Origin: Selaginella moellendorffii
Lineage: Eukaryota > Plantae > Lycopodiophyta
Assembly (NCBI RefSeq): GCF_000143415.4
Contig: NW_003314327.1
Span: forward strand, 1,070,241 to 1,090,688
Reading direction: 5' to 3'
DNA: 20,448 bases
Shown here in pieces: positions 1 through 10,550 of this stretch. The translations under genes were made by a program, and so were the position numbers. The notes under the pieces are model-generated. The model was not told the origin of the DNA. It saw nothing but the letters and a program-made list of their open reading frames with translations, and did no database searches. The stretch's first letter is position 1; each line of letters begins with the position of its first letter.

Positions 1-417
1 AGCATAGCATTTGTCACAGATTATAACTCCATGTTTGTAGAGCTGGAGAAACAACAGAAGATGCAGCAACATGGAAATGAAAATGACTTACGCCCATTAG
101 GGACCTTGCAAGCTGCAATCCGCACAGAACTGGTTGTCTGGTTGCAAGATAAATGTCTGAAATTTAGTCGTGCTTCTCTCCATTTTCTAGGGTATCAAAG
201 ATCCACTCCTGAAAAACAAAGATCGGTGGACAGACCTTCTAGCAAAAAAAAGAAGAATAAAAGAAAAAGCATTGCATGGAAAACCTTACCTTTAAACAAA
301 GGAAATTCTGAGTCAATGAGCTTAACCTTTACTCCAATCCTGCCAATACGCTCTGAGACACATAGATACACTGCAAAAAAAGAGCATTCTCAACTCAGAG
401 GGAAAAGAAAGAACTGG

Positions 418-700
418 GACATCTCTTTCAGAGATCCAGTAAACTGCTTTCACAGAGTTACAAGTGTATTATACAGGTGCTCCGGCTGAATGGTAGAATG
501 CTTTTCAAGTCGATCTGGGTGGAAATCTTGAGCACCTGGCAGCCTTTGGACAGCACACTATTGTGATCAGATGGTCTGTTCACGATTCCACAAGTGCCGT
601 GGGAAGTCAAAGGTCTCTTTGACGGCATATTTGAGTACAATCTGGACAGTAAAGGAAAGATTCGTGAGCACAAGGTATATAACGTAAAGACCAATGCAAT
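418..700 (+). pseudogene. DUF2358 (SnoaL/NTF2-like uncharacterised plant protein) gene fragment with frameshifts
   Basis: Joining frames gives DISFRDPVNCFH / SYKCIIQVLRLNGRMLFKSIWVEILSTWQPLDS / TIVIRWSVH / IPQVPWEVKGLFDGIFEYNLDSKGKIREHKVYNV. This matches the recalled DUF2358 pattern DIVFRDP..F..YK.IF..LRFHGR.FF..LWV.I...WQP....RW.V.GIPRVPWE..G.FDG.SEYKLD..GKIYEH.VDN. Three frameshifts; N-terminus absent. Confidence 0.8.
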
Positions 701-703
701 CAT

Positions 704-953
704 GCAGCAAACCTCATGGTGTGCAGCTGCGGTGATAAGCTCTCCTGGAAAAATGCATTGAGCAAACCTCATGGTGTACAGCTGCGGTGATAAGCTCTTC
801 TCGAAAAATGCATTGAAAAAAACTGGTTTACCCTAAAAAAAAAAACGTTTCACCCTCAACTGTTTTTTTGCCACATGTTTTCATCTCCACCATTAAGCTT
901 GAAAAGAATCTCGATTGAATATGTCACCGTTGCTCTTTTAAATATAGAAGGAT
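704..953. repeat. Dispersed repeat module, copy A (homologous to 10793-11009), with a 2 x 55-bp tandem duplication at 706-815
   Basis: Shared blocks with copy B: gcagc(a/g)aacctcatgg, aaaaaaactggtttacc, ctcaactgttttttt, atctccaccattaa, tctcgattgaatatgt, ttgctcttttaaatata. The tandem unit agcaaacctcatggtgt...aaaaatgcattg starts at 706 and 761. Confidence 0.9.
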
Positions 954-978
954 GATGATGAGTATGATGATGATGATG
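951..978. repeat. Imperfect (GAT)n microsatellite
   Basis: gatgatgatgagtatgatgatgatgatg read directly. Confidence 0.8.
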
Positions 979-1213
979 CCATGTAGTTCTGTTGCAGTTT
1001 TCTATCATTAAAGAATTGAAAGGCAAAGAATATATGAGTGCTGTATTCTTGCAGTGGTCTATGTGGAGTACAATCCTAAGATTTTGAGATTTACAACTGT
1101 TTTACAGTTTTGGAGCAGATCGAAATATCCAGGGTTTGTTTAATGAGAACTGACGTTCTTTCCTCTCCATCTTAGAACTTGATCCAGCATTTCTAAAAAG
1201 ATGCTAAACTTAC

Positions 1214-1639
1214 CATGACGGTTGAATCTCTGGCAGCTATAGCGAGAGTGTCAGCACAGGGATAAAAAAAAATGAAGCTCTTGGCAGACATGAAGTGACA
1301 ATTTTTACACTTTACTTCCATTGGTGGGAGTTGAGTCAAGAAGAACCGATCCATCACAGCCCTGAAGAACAGCAAAGTTACCAGACCAGAATTTAAATCT
1401 TGCAAAGCTACTCCCGTCGACGAAACAGTCGTGGAAGTGCAAGCGAAGAGCTCCTGCTATCGTCCTGTCCCAATTGGTCTGCTTGCTCAGGGTGTCTCTG
1501 ATGATCCTCTCGGCTTGAGTACAGGATCTCGAGTAACTGTGGTAGCCATTCTTGTGTCCTCCACTCTCATCATGAACCAAAACACCCAAGCCCAGAGACA
1601 GCAGAAGCAAAACCAAATGTTCCCTCTCCAACTTCCCAT
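1214..1639 (-). pseudogene. Class III secretory plant peroxidase fragment (exon 1, intron 1, damaged exon 2)
   Basis: Hydrophobic leader, then YSRSCTQAERIIRDTL...DRTIAGALRLHFHDCFVD, a 54-nt intron-like insert, GCDGSVLLDS, a stop/rearrangement, and PCADTLAIAARDSTVM ending at a gtaag donor. RLHFHDCFV/GCDGSVLLD and CAD.LAIAARD are canonical class III peroxidase motifs. No downstream peroxidase exons were recognised. Confidence 0.9.
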
Positions 1640-3179
1640 CGTCGGGTATTGCAGCTTGGCATATCTTCTTCCTCGAATTTTTTTGGCAGTGATCGATGAT
1701 CCGAAGATGAGCATCATTCCGTGATGAAATGGGCCACTGATACAAGGCTCTTAGAATCCAAGTTAAGTCGTCATAAACCGTGTCTGCTGCCTCTGATGAG
1801 TGTTTCCATCCTAGGGAAGCTAGCGCTCATAATTTGACGAAGTTCAACCTCTGCACAAGAAATAGGAAAATTCAGCCAACTAAAGAAAGGTTCTGAAAGG
1901 ACATATGTCTGTAGGCCGCGTTTTCTATTCCATTTCCAAGCTTTCACTTTGTTCTGTTTGTTAAGCTTTTGCTTTTTCTTCTTCTTCATGATGTTCTTGC
2001 CCTTCTTTTTCTTCTTGTTTATCTTCTTTTGGTCTATGACGCTCAATGGTCAATGCTAAATGTATAATGGGTAACGAGATATGGGTCAATTTCAAATCTT
2101 CATTGTCGTCCATTACTTCGTTGCTGGCTACAGGTTAGTATTTATAATTTGTGCTATTATTACTTTATCTGGTGTTTGTAGGAGGACTGCCTTGGATTCC
2201 AACAGCACAGTTTCTTGCCACAACAAGGCCATGAGTTTTCGAATTTGTAAGAGTTTCAAAAGTTGTACTTATAAAAGAAAAAAGTACTATACTGAACTGT
2301 ACCTTGATCTTAGTGAATCAAAATAGCTTTTTTCCTCGTTATGGAATATGTCCAGGTGTGGGCACTTTTTTTTGTTCTCTACTTACCCGCTTTATTCCTA
2401 TCATGTAGTACTATTATAGCAGAGAGCCAGCTCTGCTGAGAGATATAGCATACCCAAGATAAATAGATCTTCTTTTCTAATTTTATGATGTTAGACATTT
2501 TGATTGTATACAAGGTTAAAAAATTTTGTGTGTGTATAACGAGGGAGGTCTTTCCTGCAGGGTTCTGTGGAACCACCAGGACCTAGTGGGTGGAGGCACT
2601 CCTCTCTGGGGGGGATGCCTATGCACATCATCACACTGCTGCCACCCACACAAAGAACAGGTATTCAATTGTACCTTCACATGCTTTTGAAAATTGCAAG
2701 CCTTTTTGGTGCAGTGAGGGAAGAGTAAAATGTTCTAGACGAGAAACAAAAAAACAAGAGTGAAGTGGCAATCTACTGTAAATTCTCTCTCTCACACACA
2801 CCTGATTTTTTATCTGATATTAGTAGCACTAAAGAGGAGGAAAATTCTCTACTGGGACAGAGAGAATAACTACTAGTATGTGCACATATTTACATGATTC
2901 AGAGTCTGCTGAGCATGAAATTTAAGCTAGCCTTTGTGAAAGTAACAGTGAATGATATGGTGTAAAAACTTTGCATTGCTTACTTGTTGCTTCTTGCTCA
3001 GCAGGATTATTGGAGGAGAAGAGATGACTTGCGACAGGCCACCTATAGGCTCCATGGTTTATGTCAAGTACATAGCCTGATTATGCAGAGGGGCTGTTGA
3101 TATAATATGCTTCTTTCAAAGGTTTACATCATTTGATTCAACAATTAGCAGCAATTTTATGTGATCCATTGTCAGACAG

Positions 3180-3975
3180 AAAATAAAATCTGATTGAGTC
3201 ATTTTCAACTAGCTAATCAATGCTTGTGGTTGGTCAGGAGCAGTGAAATGAGCATCTGAGGTCTTCACAGAGTTGAAGTTTGAAAGTCCTACAGATCCAA
3301 ATCACGCCACAATGTGTTTGCTCATAGACACATGCTCAAAAACAGGAGATGTAAGTGGCTTTTATGATTTCTGTGGCTTTGTTGTGACAGCTAAATTTTT
3401 CAGGGAAACTCACAAGTGTGGAATCGGAGGATGCCTGGAGCCTTATAGAGCAGCTGTTCATGCATGCAGCAGTCATTTCCATCTACAATGACATGAAGAA
3501 AGAAGGTGTGAAACCAGATGAGGTAACAATTTGCGATCTAATTTCATTTTGTGTGTTTACTTGATTTTCATTATGCATATTTTCTTTAGTGCTTTGATTA
3601 ATGTTGCTGGCCATGGTGGTAAATTCGACTGCACTGGGCAGAAATCACATTGCATCAACATCCATAGGGACCATCGCAATGCTTTGTTTTAATTAAACAG
3701 TCAAATTCTGTCCTTTGGGACTTCCTCACCACATGACCATATCCTTAGTCACCACACCAAAGGACTGCTCCTCTTCAATTTTGTATTACAAGAAGTTGAA
3801 AAGCACTCTCTTATTCCTGGTGCTGTGGTATTCAGCTCCCTAACAGGAGTCTCTAGCATGTGAGTCACTACAATGTTACTGCTTTGAACTTGATGAAATA
3901 TTTCATGGCCAGACAGGGATATTTCTTTACAAAAATATACAGGTGGTGGAATACAACCCAGCATTCCCACTTTGT
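3180..3975 (+). pseudogene. MRL1: Internal fragment of a P-class PPR gene resembling MRL1 (maturation of rbcL 1), with introns retained
   Basis: KIKSD*VIFN*LINACGWSGAVK*ASEVFTELKFESPTDPNHATMCLLIDTCSKTGD |intron| ...PYRAAVHACS..ISIYNDMKKEGVKPDE |intron| IFFSALINVAGHGGKFD ... LQEVEKHSLIPGAVVFSSLTGVSS |intron| ...GIQPSIPTL. It is collinear with the recalled MRL1 sequence (KPDRVVFNALISACGQSGAVDRAFDVLAEM...DPDH...SIYDDMKKKGVKPDEVFFSALVDVAGHAG). Several stops and deletions. Confidence 0.8.
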
Positions 3976-4610
3976 GTGTAATTTTCAAATCATAAAATAT
4001 TTGAATTCAGGCTTTCATGGCTAACAAGAGTGAGGAGCAGCAGCAGGATTCTGAGCAATGAGCAGGAAAATCTATGGGCTTGGTAACAGGTCTGCATGGA
4101 GGCTTTTTAAAAGCATGCCTCAGCAAAACCTGTTGTTGTTGAGGCCCAGAAGCTAGATCACTTGGAAGAATGTCGAGTTCTCTTCAATTCCATGCCAGAG
4201 CATGACTGTTGTCTGAATAATCACCATTTAAAACTGAATATTTATAAAGTAAATACTCTGAAAAGTATGGTACCAGCACCTCCAAAATGGTTGACAATTG
4301 AGGACTTGTGATTCCATTAATCATGTTAAGCTTTCTTGATGAGTACATCACTAGGGTCTTAGGATAAAATAGAAAGAGGGAGTAATGTATGTCAATCATC
4401 ACTTTATAGTCATTTGAAAGTCACTTAAATATTCACAATAATAAAAGTATAAATGGAAAATTGGTGCAACATTAGTATATAGCCAATTTATAGACACTTT
4501 AAGTTCATAATTAAATTTGAAGTTTAATAAAATTTAAAAGATATGATAAAAATTAAATTTTAATCTAGAAAAATCAAAAATGTCATAAAAACATTAAAAT
4601 AAATTTATAT

Positions 4611-4785
4611 TGTGAGGGCCAAGTGTACGGCTACGATGCCGTATACTAATATTAGAGTAGTGGGATTTTGGTAGCCGTCGGATTGGTTTCAATCCGGACC
4701 ACTCGCTCCTGTATATAAGCTAGGGTTTTTGGGCTAATTGATATGCACATTTCTGTATTCCTTTTCCATATTCCAGGCACTCACA
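4611..4785 (+). repeat. 5' LTR
   Basis: TG...CA ends; terminal inverted repeat TGTGAGGGCC vs TGTGAGTGCC (9/10); TATA-like tatataag near 4712; 6 mismatches in 175 nt relative to the 3' LTR. Confidence 0.97.
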
Positions 4786-4786
4786 T

Positions 4787-4802
4787 TGGTGGAGGTGAGG
4801 GG
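4787..4802 (+). promoter_or_regulatory. Primer-binding site, tRNA-Ala-like
   Basis: TGGTGGAGGTGAGGGG begins 1 nt after the LTR. It is complementary to a tRNA 3' end ...CUCCACCA, typical of tRNA-Ala (expected about TGGTGGAGATGCGGGG). Confidence 0.75.
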
Positions 4803-5018
4803 CACCTTTGATTGTCCCTGAGGAGTGCTTGGATTTGGGATTTCGGTTTAGATCTAGCTTTTGCATCATCTAGATCTAGCTTTTTCCATTTCCTTTTTCT
4901 TATTCTTTCTTTTCAGGATTTTGGTTTAGATCTAGCTTTTTGCATTGTCTAGATCTACCACTTCCTTCCAACTTTTTATCATTTCTCTTCTTTTGCTCTT
5001 TCTTTTTCATTCATTTTC

Positions 5019-5951
5019 ATGGTAGATCAGCATTCTCCTCCCTTGACTCTAGAGCAGTAGTTGGTTCAATTGCTTGATGCTATGTGCTTGCAATTGAACA
5101 ACCAAAATCAATTGATGGCGGCATTCATGGCACATGGTCCAACTTCTCCTGCTCTTGGTGCCAATCCTTGCATTCGGCCAGAGTTCTTTCATAGGAATCC
5201 TGGGGATGATGTGTACCATTGGTTTGATCACTTCACGGTGATTGCCACATATCATTCTTGGGATGATGCTCGACATTTGCGTGAATTCCCCACGTGTCTC
5301 CAAGGGACGGCGTTGCAGTGGTACAATGGATTGAGCGCAGCCACTCGTGGCGATTGGAGTGTTCTTCCGGACATCTTCAAACGCGCCTTCGGACATGCCG
5401 ACGATTGTGATGATGCCTTCCAACAATTGCATCGTCTTCGCCAAGGGCCATCTGAGTCGGTGATGCAATTTGGTGTTCGTTTCCGAAGTCTTTTGCTTCA
5501 TGCAGAGCCCAATATGTCGGAGTGGATCAAGCTAGGAATGTTGTGGTTAGCACTTCATCAAGATCTTGTCGGACTTGTGCATGCATTTGCTCCTGCCACC
5601 CTTGACGATGTTCTTTGCTTGGCACAACGTTATGAGACATCGCCTCTTCCACTTCTCGCTCCACGTCCTTCAGCTCCACTTCCTATGAGTGATGGTCCTG
5701 TTCTAATAGAGGTTGATGCTGCTGCTACTTGAGTCCAAAGACAAGGGCAAAGCTGTGGTCGTGGCCGTGATGTTTGTTGCTAGGCGTGTGATGAAGTTGG
5801 TCATACTTATTGGCGTTGTCGGCGCTTTCCGGATTGGCAACCTCCATTTCCTGGGTGGAGACCTTGGCGTTAGCAACGTCCCATTGGTGCTACTGCGGTG
5901 GAAGGTTTGGACACCGAGGTGCATCCGGGAAATGAGGAGTCACGCAAGTAA
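5019..5951 (+). pseudogene. gag: Retrotransposon gag with CCHC zinc knuckle, interrupted by stops
   Basis: ATG at 5019 is in frame with the 5061-5732 ORF (capsid-like ...LQGTALQWY...LRQGPSESVMQFGVRFRSL). The frame continues through stops at 5058, 5730, 5781 and 5871 and includes C*ACDEVGHTYWRC (CX2CX4HX4C); it ends at TAA 5949-5951. Confidence 0.9.
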
Positions 5952-5988
5952 CGGAGGGACTTTGCGCAAATAAGTTAGTGACCCCTCC
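5927..5988 (+). promoter_or_regulatory. Decayed -1 programmed ribosomal frameshift signal (slippery heptamer plus putative pseudoknot)
   Basis: G GGA AAT in the gag frame; pol lies in the -1 frame. Downstream, cgcaag (5943-5948) pairs with tttgcg (5961-5966) and ggaggg (5953-5958) pairs with ccctcc (5983-5988). Confidence 0.65.
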
Positions 5989-8900
5989 ATCTTTCTTTCG
6001 GAAGTATCATCAAGGGGTTCACTCGACACCAGTTCATCCAGTGTTTACTTTCCAAGCTTGTTTTTATAACAAGAGGTCTCCTATTCTTCTCGCCGTGTTG
6101 GTTGATACAGGTTCGAGTTTATCTTCTGTTGCTCGACCTGTTGCCACACGTTGTCGTCTACACTTGCGTCATGCGGCGAATCCAGTTTTCATTCTTTATG
6201 GCAACGGCCGTACACATGCATGTGCACGAGATGAGGCAGACCTGGTTGTGCGTGTGGGCGATCTCGAGCTTGAGTTGTAGTTGTTGCGGGTGGTGCCAAC
6301 TCAAGCTTTTGACCTCATTCTTGGTATGGATTGGTTGTAGCGCAATCATGCCAAATGTAACTTTGAGGCTTCTCCCCCTTGTCTCATACTTCCTTATGTT
6401 TCATCCATTCCTCTCACTTCCGTACCTCTTCATCCCTCTACTTCTACCTCTACTTCTATTACTTTTGTTCCCCCATTATTTTCTCTTGTGTTTCCATCTT
6501 ATTCTGCTCTTACCCTTTTCGATCCCTCCGATGATCTTTGTGTTGCAGCTGTTGACCGACTCATGAAGGAGTATTCTGATCTCTTTGAATTTGACCTATC
6601 ATCTGGGGCCAAGATTGCCACACGTCATCCCATTCCAACTGGGGATGCTCGTCCAATCAAGGTTCCTGTTCGTTGTCGGTCACCCAAGGAGATTAAGATT
6701 TTACATGCAAACGTCAAGGAGATGTTGGAGAAGAGTGTTATTCGGAAGTCGCGAAGTCCTTGGGCATCTGAACCTCATCTTGTGATGAAGCCTGATGGGA
6801 GTATTCGTTTCTGCATTGATTATCGTCCATTAAATGAAGTGACGATCCCGGATGTGTACCCTCTTCCTCACACTGCTGATCTCTTGGATCGTCTAGGGCG
6901 AAGCCGTTGGTTCACCAAGCTAGATCTTGCTTCTGGGTATTGGCAAGTACCGATGGCCGACGAAGATATTCCTAAGACTGCTTTTCGTACACTATTTGGT
7001 TTGTACAAGTTCTTGGTGATGCCATTTGGTTTGAACAATGCTCCAGCAACTTTCCAGCGGATGATGGACAAGGTTCTTTGTGATATGCCAGAAGTGACTG
7101 CTAACTTCATTGATGATGTCTTGATTCACTCGGAGGGGATGTGGGTGGAGCACATTCGTGATGTGTGTAAAGTGTTGGATCGGCTACGGGATTAAAGCTG
7201 AAGAAGTCAAAGTGCATGTTTGGGTCCAAGGACACAACTTATCTTGGGTACCGTATTTCTCGTAAGGGTTTGTAAATTGATCCTGACAAACTTGTAGCCG
7301 TTTTAAAGTTCCCTACTTCGAAGTGTGTGAATGATATGCAGCGCTTCTTGGGCAAGGTGCAGTATCTCGGTCGTTTTGTGGATCATCTTTCTGATTGCAC
7401 TACACCATTGCGAGCGTTGTTGAAGTCATCAACATCATCTTTCATCTGGTCTTCAGATTGTGAGCGGGCATTTGTGGATCTCAAAGAGCTTTTGACGACT
7501 CCTCCGGTTTTGGCATATCCTGACTACACTCAACTTTTTATTTTGCGCGTTAATGCTTCTGATATTGGTCTTGGAGGTGTGTTGATGCAGGAGAGCCCAA
7601 GTGTGCCTGGTCAGTGTCATCCCATTATATATATAAGCCGTACATTACAACTAGCAGAGGTGAACTACTCCACGACAGAGAAGGAGTGTTTAGCGGCAGT
7701 TTGGGGTTTCGAGAAACTTCATGCATATCTACATGGTTCTCGAACGTTACTTGAAGGTGACCATGCTGCCGTTATTTCATTATTGAAGCGGAAGAACCTG
7801 ATTGGTCGTATTGCTCAGTGGGCTTTAAAGTTTCAGATATATGATTTTGATGTTATTCATTGCCCAGGGAGTTCTATGGCTGATGCTGATGCCCTTTCTC
7901 GAGCTCCTCTTCCTTCTCCACTCTCTTCTCATGTTTCTGATGAGCCTGTTGTTGCAGCATCTGTGGATTTTCTAGACAAGGATTTTGTGCCGTCGGCGGT
8001 TGTTGTACTTGATGTTCAGTGTCCACAAGGCGTAGAGCAAGATCTACCTTCTCTAGATGAGGTTCGCGAGGCTCAAAAGATTGAGCCGTGGATTCGAAAG
8101 CTTCGAGATGTGTTTGAGGATCCTGCATCACTTGCTGATGACTTGCCTTTCCGGCATTTACATTCTCAATATCACCTTGAAGATGGCCTTCTTTATTTTG
8201 TGGGGATGGATCATGATGATCATTTACGGCTGGTGGTGCCTTCTGTTTTTATTCCGCGGTTTCTCCATGCCTACCATGATTCTCCTGTTCTAGGTGGGTA
8301 TATGGGACATCGTCGTATGACTGAGAAGCTGCACAGATCTTTCTATTAGCCAGAGATGTGACGTGATGTTATCCGGTATGTGCGTAACTGCGTTTGGTGC
8401 CAAGCTCGTAATATTCCCCCTTGTGCTATGGAAGGACGGTTGGAGTCAATTGCAATTTCCCATCCATTTGAGTTGGTGGCGTTTGATCTTATGGGACCTT
8501 TTCTACGGTCAACTGCTGGCAATGAGTATGTTATTATTATTTCTGACTACTTGACTCGTTGGGTGGAAGTTGGTGCTCTTGCTAGCGCCTCTGCAACTGC
8601 TGTTGGATACTTTCTCCTCAATTGAGTGGTGTTCCAACATTTTTGTCCAGAGCAGATTCTTTCGGATAATGGTCCTGCATTTATGGCTGAGGTATTTCAT
8701 GTTTTGATGTCTCGGTTGGGGATATGCCACACTTTTACGAGTGCTTATTATCCACAATCAGACGGTCTGGTGGAACGGCTCATTCAGACATTCAAAGGGA
8801 TGATTGCGAAGTATGTGAACTTTCAGCATTCGGATTGGGATGGTTGTTTGCCGTCTCTTCGGTATGCCTATGTCACAGGAATGCAAAGTTCTATTGGTGC

Positions 8901-9394
8901 TTCACCATATAAACTTCTATATGGTCATGATCCAATATTACCAACGGAGCTGGGTTTACCTTCGCGATTGCCACGAGCTCCTGATGCTAGGTCATGGGAT
9001 CAATATTTGACAAGCATTCTTCCACTTGGCCGAACACTTAGGCCGCGTACAAGTGGGACAACAACGGCGCTACAACTCCCATCATCATCCATCTGCAGAG
9101 TACAAAGTGGATGATTTGGTGTTAGTTCGTTTTCCCCATCTTACGGTACGTGGTTTATCTAAGGGGATCCTTGCACAATGGAAAGGACCATATCGGGTGT
9201 TGCAGCAAGTTGGACCACAAGTTTATGAGGTTTGGCATGACATCCAGCAAGCCGATCCTCCGGAGATTGTGCATGTGCAGCAGTTGAAACGCTTTATACA
9301 AAGGGATCAGGAGCAATTAATGCCGTCTATAGATTCGTTGATGCCTCCTCCTGACGTTCCTCCAGATCCCGGCCCATCTACAAGAGAACCCTAA
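5936..9394 (+). pseudogene. pol: Retrotransposon pol (protease, RT, RNase H, integrase) with stops and frameshifts
   Basis: Protease VLVDTGSS and DLILGMDWL; RT SPWAS, RFCIDYRPLN, KLDLASGYWQV, MPFGLNNAPATFQ, FIDDVLI; RNase H NAS(DAS)..GLGGVL, YSTTEKE, ADALSR; integrase zinc-finger region, FDLMGP, SDNGPAF, YYPQSDGLVER, WKGPYRV. Frameshifts near 7192 and 9026. Confidence 0.95.
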
Positions 9395-9411
9395 TAGCCT
9401 TCCATTATTCC

Positions 9412-9426
9412 GAGAGGAGGGGATGA
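9412..9426 (+). promoter_or_regulatory. Polypurine tract
   Basis: gagaggaggggatga immediately before the 3' LTR. Confidence 0.9.
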
Positions 9427-9601
9427 TGTGAGGGCCAAGTGTACGGCTACGATGCCATATACTAATATTAGCGTAGTGGGATTTTGGTAGCCGTCGGATT
9501 GGTTTCAATCCGGACCACTCGCTCCTGTATATAAGCTAAGGTTTTTGGGCTAATTGATATACACATTTCTGTATTCCCTTTCCATATTCCAGACACTCAC
9601 A
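9427..9601 (+). repeat. 3' LTR
   Basis: Direct repeat of 4611-4785, 169/175 identical. Confidence 0.97.
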
Positions 9602-9961
9602 ATATAAATTATAAATTATAATATTATTTTAGCATTATATCATTATTGTAGTATTATAGGATAGATTATAATATAATAAAATAATGAAGTAATTATATAA
9701 AATTACATTAAAAAAGATGCTAAGGAATTTACTTATAAACACAAACATTAAAGATAACTCTAAATTAAATAAAAATGTTGTCATAAGTTCAAAGTGTATT
9801 TTTAAATTAGAATTTTCTACAACATCTATCTTACAACTTATATAAATCCCAGCTCAATAAATTCTTGCCAAGGTTTAAAAGGTAGTGGATCTACTCAAAC
9901 TACAAGTGATAGACACTGCTCGATTCTTATTATAACGAGACTTATAACATTAACATTAGCA

Positions 9962-10228
9962 GAAACTGGAGGAGATCACGAAGAATGGCTCATGGCTCTG
10001 AGCTTGAACCCGATGTATCTGGTGATGGCAGTGCTGGACGCGGAGATCGCGAGTAGCATGCCCAACTCCAGCGAGGTTCTCATCACTGTCAACTTCCAGA
10101 AAGTTCACAAGGACAGGAGCATCGAGTTCTACATGTCAGAGAATGGCTTGATCTTCAGCAGTGGCTCCATACTGGTCAAGTACTTCAAGCAGGTGGTGGA
10201 GCTGCCAAGCAACAAAGTGCTGCTCTAG
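9962..10228 (+). pseudogene. Divergent Tpt1/KptA (RNA 2'-phosphotransferase) C-terminal NAD-binding lobe fragment
   Basis: KLEEITKNG/LMALSLNPMYL...EIASSMPNSSEVLITVNFQKVHKDRSIEFYMSENGLIFSSGSILVKYFKQVVELPSNKVLL* parallels the recalled Tpt1 C-terminus (L.SIL..GL..M.R.HVH...EVISGMR....VLIFLD..KAL.DGI.FYIS.N.VILT.G..G.LP..YF.KI..WP). The N-lobe and the HGT motif are missing. Confidence 0.65.
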
Positions 10229-10385
10229 CTCCGGCCAAGGGGCCTCTGTTCTTAAGAGTAGTTAGATCTTTTCTCAAGTCTTGGAACGAATCTATAAGAA
10301 ATTTTCTAGATATTTAATCAATCAGTCCTCGTTTGGCTTCCAAAAAAATGCAAACATAAGAGAAAACACGTCCTCATACCATAAG

Positions 10386-10550
10386 CTACTCTTCCTCTGC
10401 GATTGTCCCCTTCTCACTCACGTAGATACCATCCAAGGACTTCCTGATGTCCTTGTTCTTCACATGGCATTTCTGGCAGCAAAAAAAGAAGAAACATCAC
10501 CATGAGATAGATATAAAAAACTCATCTCACACCTGTTGATGAGAGCAGCG
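10386..10550 (-). pseudogene. RPL9: 60S ribosomal protein L9 (uL6) 3' fragment: end of penultimate exon, 60-nt intron, complete last exon
   Basis: Last exon 10472-10386 translates [28 protein letters not shown] (plant uL6 C-terminus [20 protein letters not shown]...EE). It is preceded by a GT-AG intron at 10532-10473 and by AALIN (uL6 SAALINQ). Confidence 0.9.

Larger units (their letters stand above)
4611..9601 (+). mobile_element. Full-length, defective Ty3/gypsy LTR retrotransposon (non-chromovirus, 4991 bp)
   Basis: Paired 175-bp LTRs TGTGAG...CTCACA, ATAT on both flanks (4607-4610 and 9602-9605), PBS and PPT. Domain order is gag-protease-RT-RNase H-integrase, with a GPY motif and no chromodomain. 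Inserted in very AT-rich DNA. Confidence 0.97.

Noticed and set aside
31-489. 152-aa ORF as a real gene
   Set aside because: Only the last ~20 codons overlap the DUF2358 fragment; the rest has no recognisable family, and homology continues in other frames.
1771-2046. Lysine-rich minus-strand ORF
   Set aside because: Low-complexity (CTT)-rich sequence, non-ATG start, no recognisable domain.
2561-2660. AG/GT-bounded exon-like block (similar blocks near 3005-3056 and 4011-4082)
   Set aside because: May be further captured exons, but no translation could be assigned to a family.
5049-9508. Antisense and alternative-frame ORFs inside the gypsy, including the hydrophobic 6102-6566 ORF
   Set aside because: Shadows of gag-pol; the T/C-rich protease-RT linker explains the leucine-rich frame. 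No env or antisense gene is supported.
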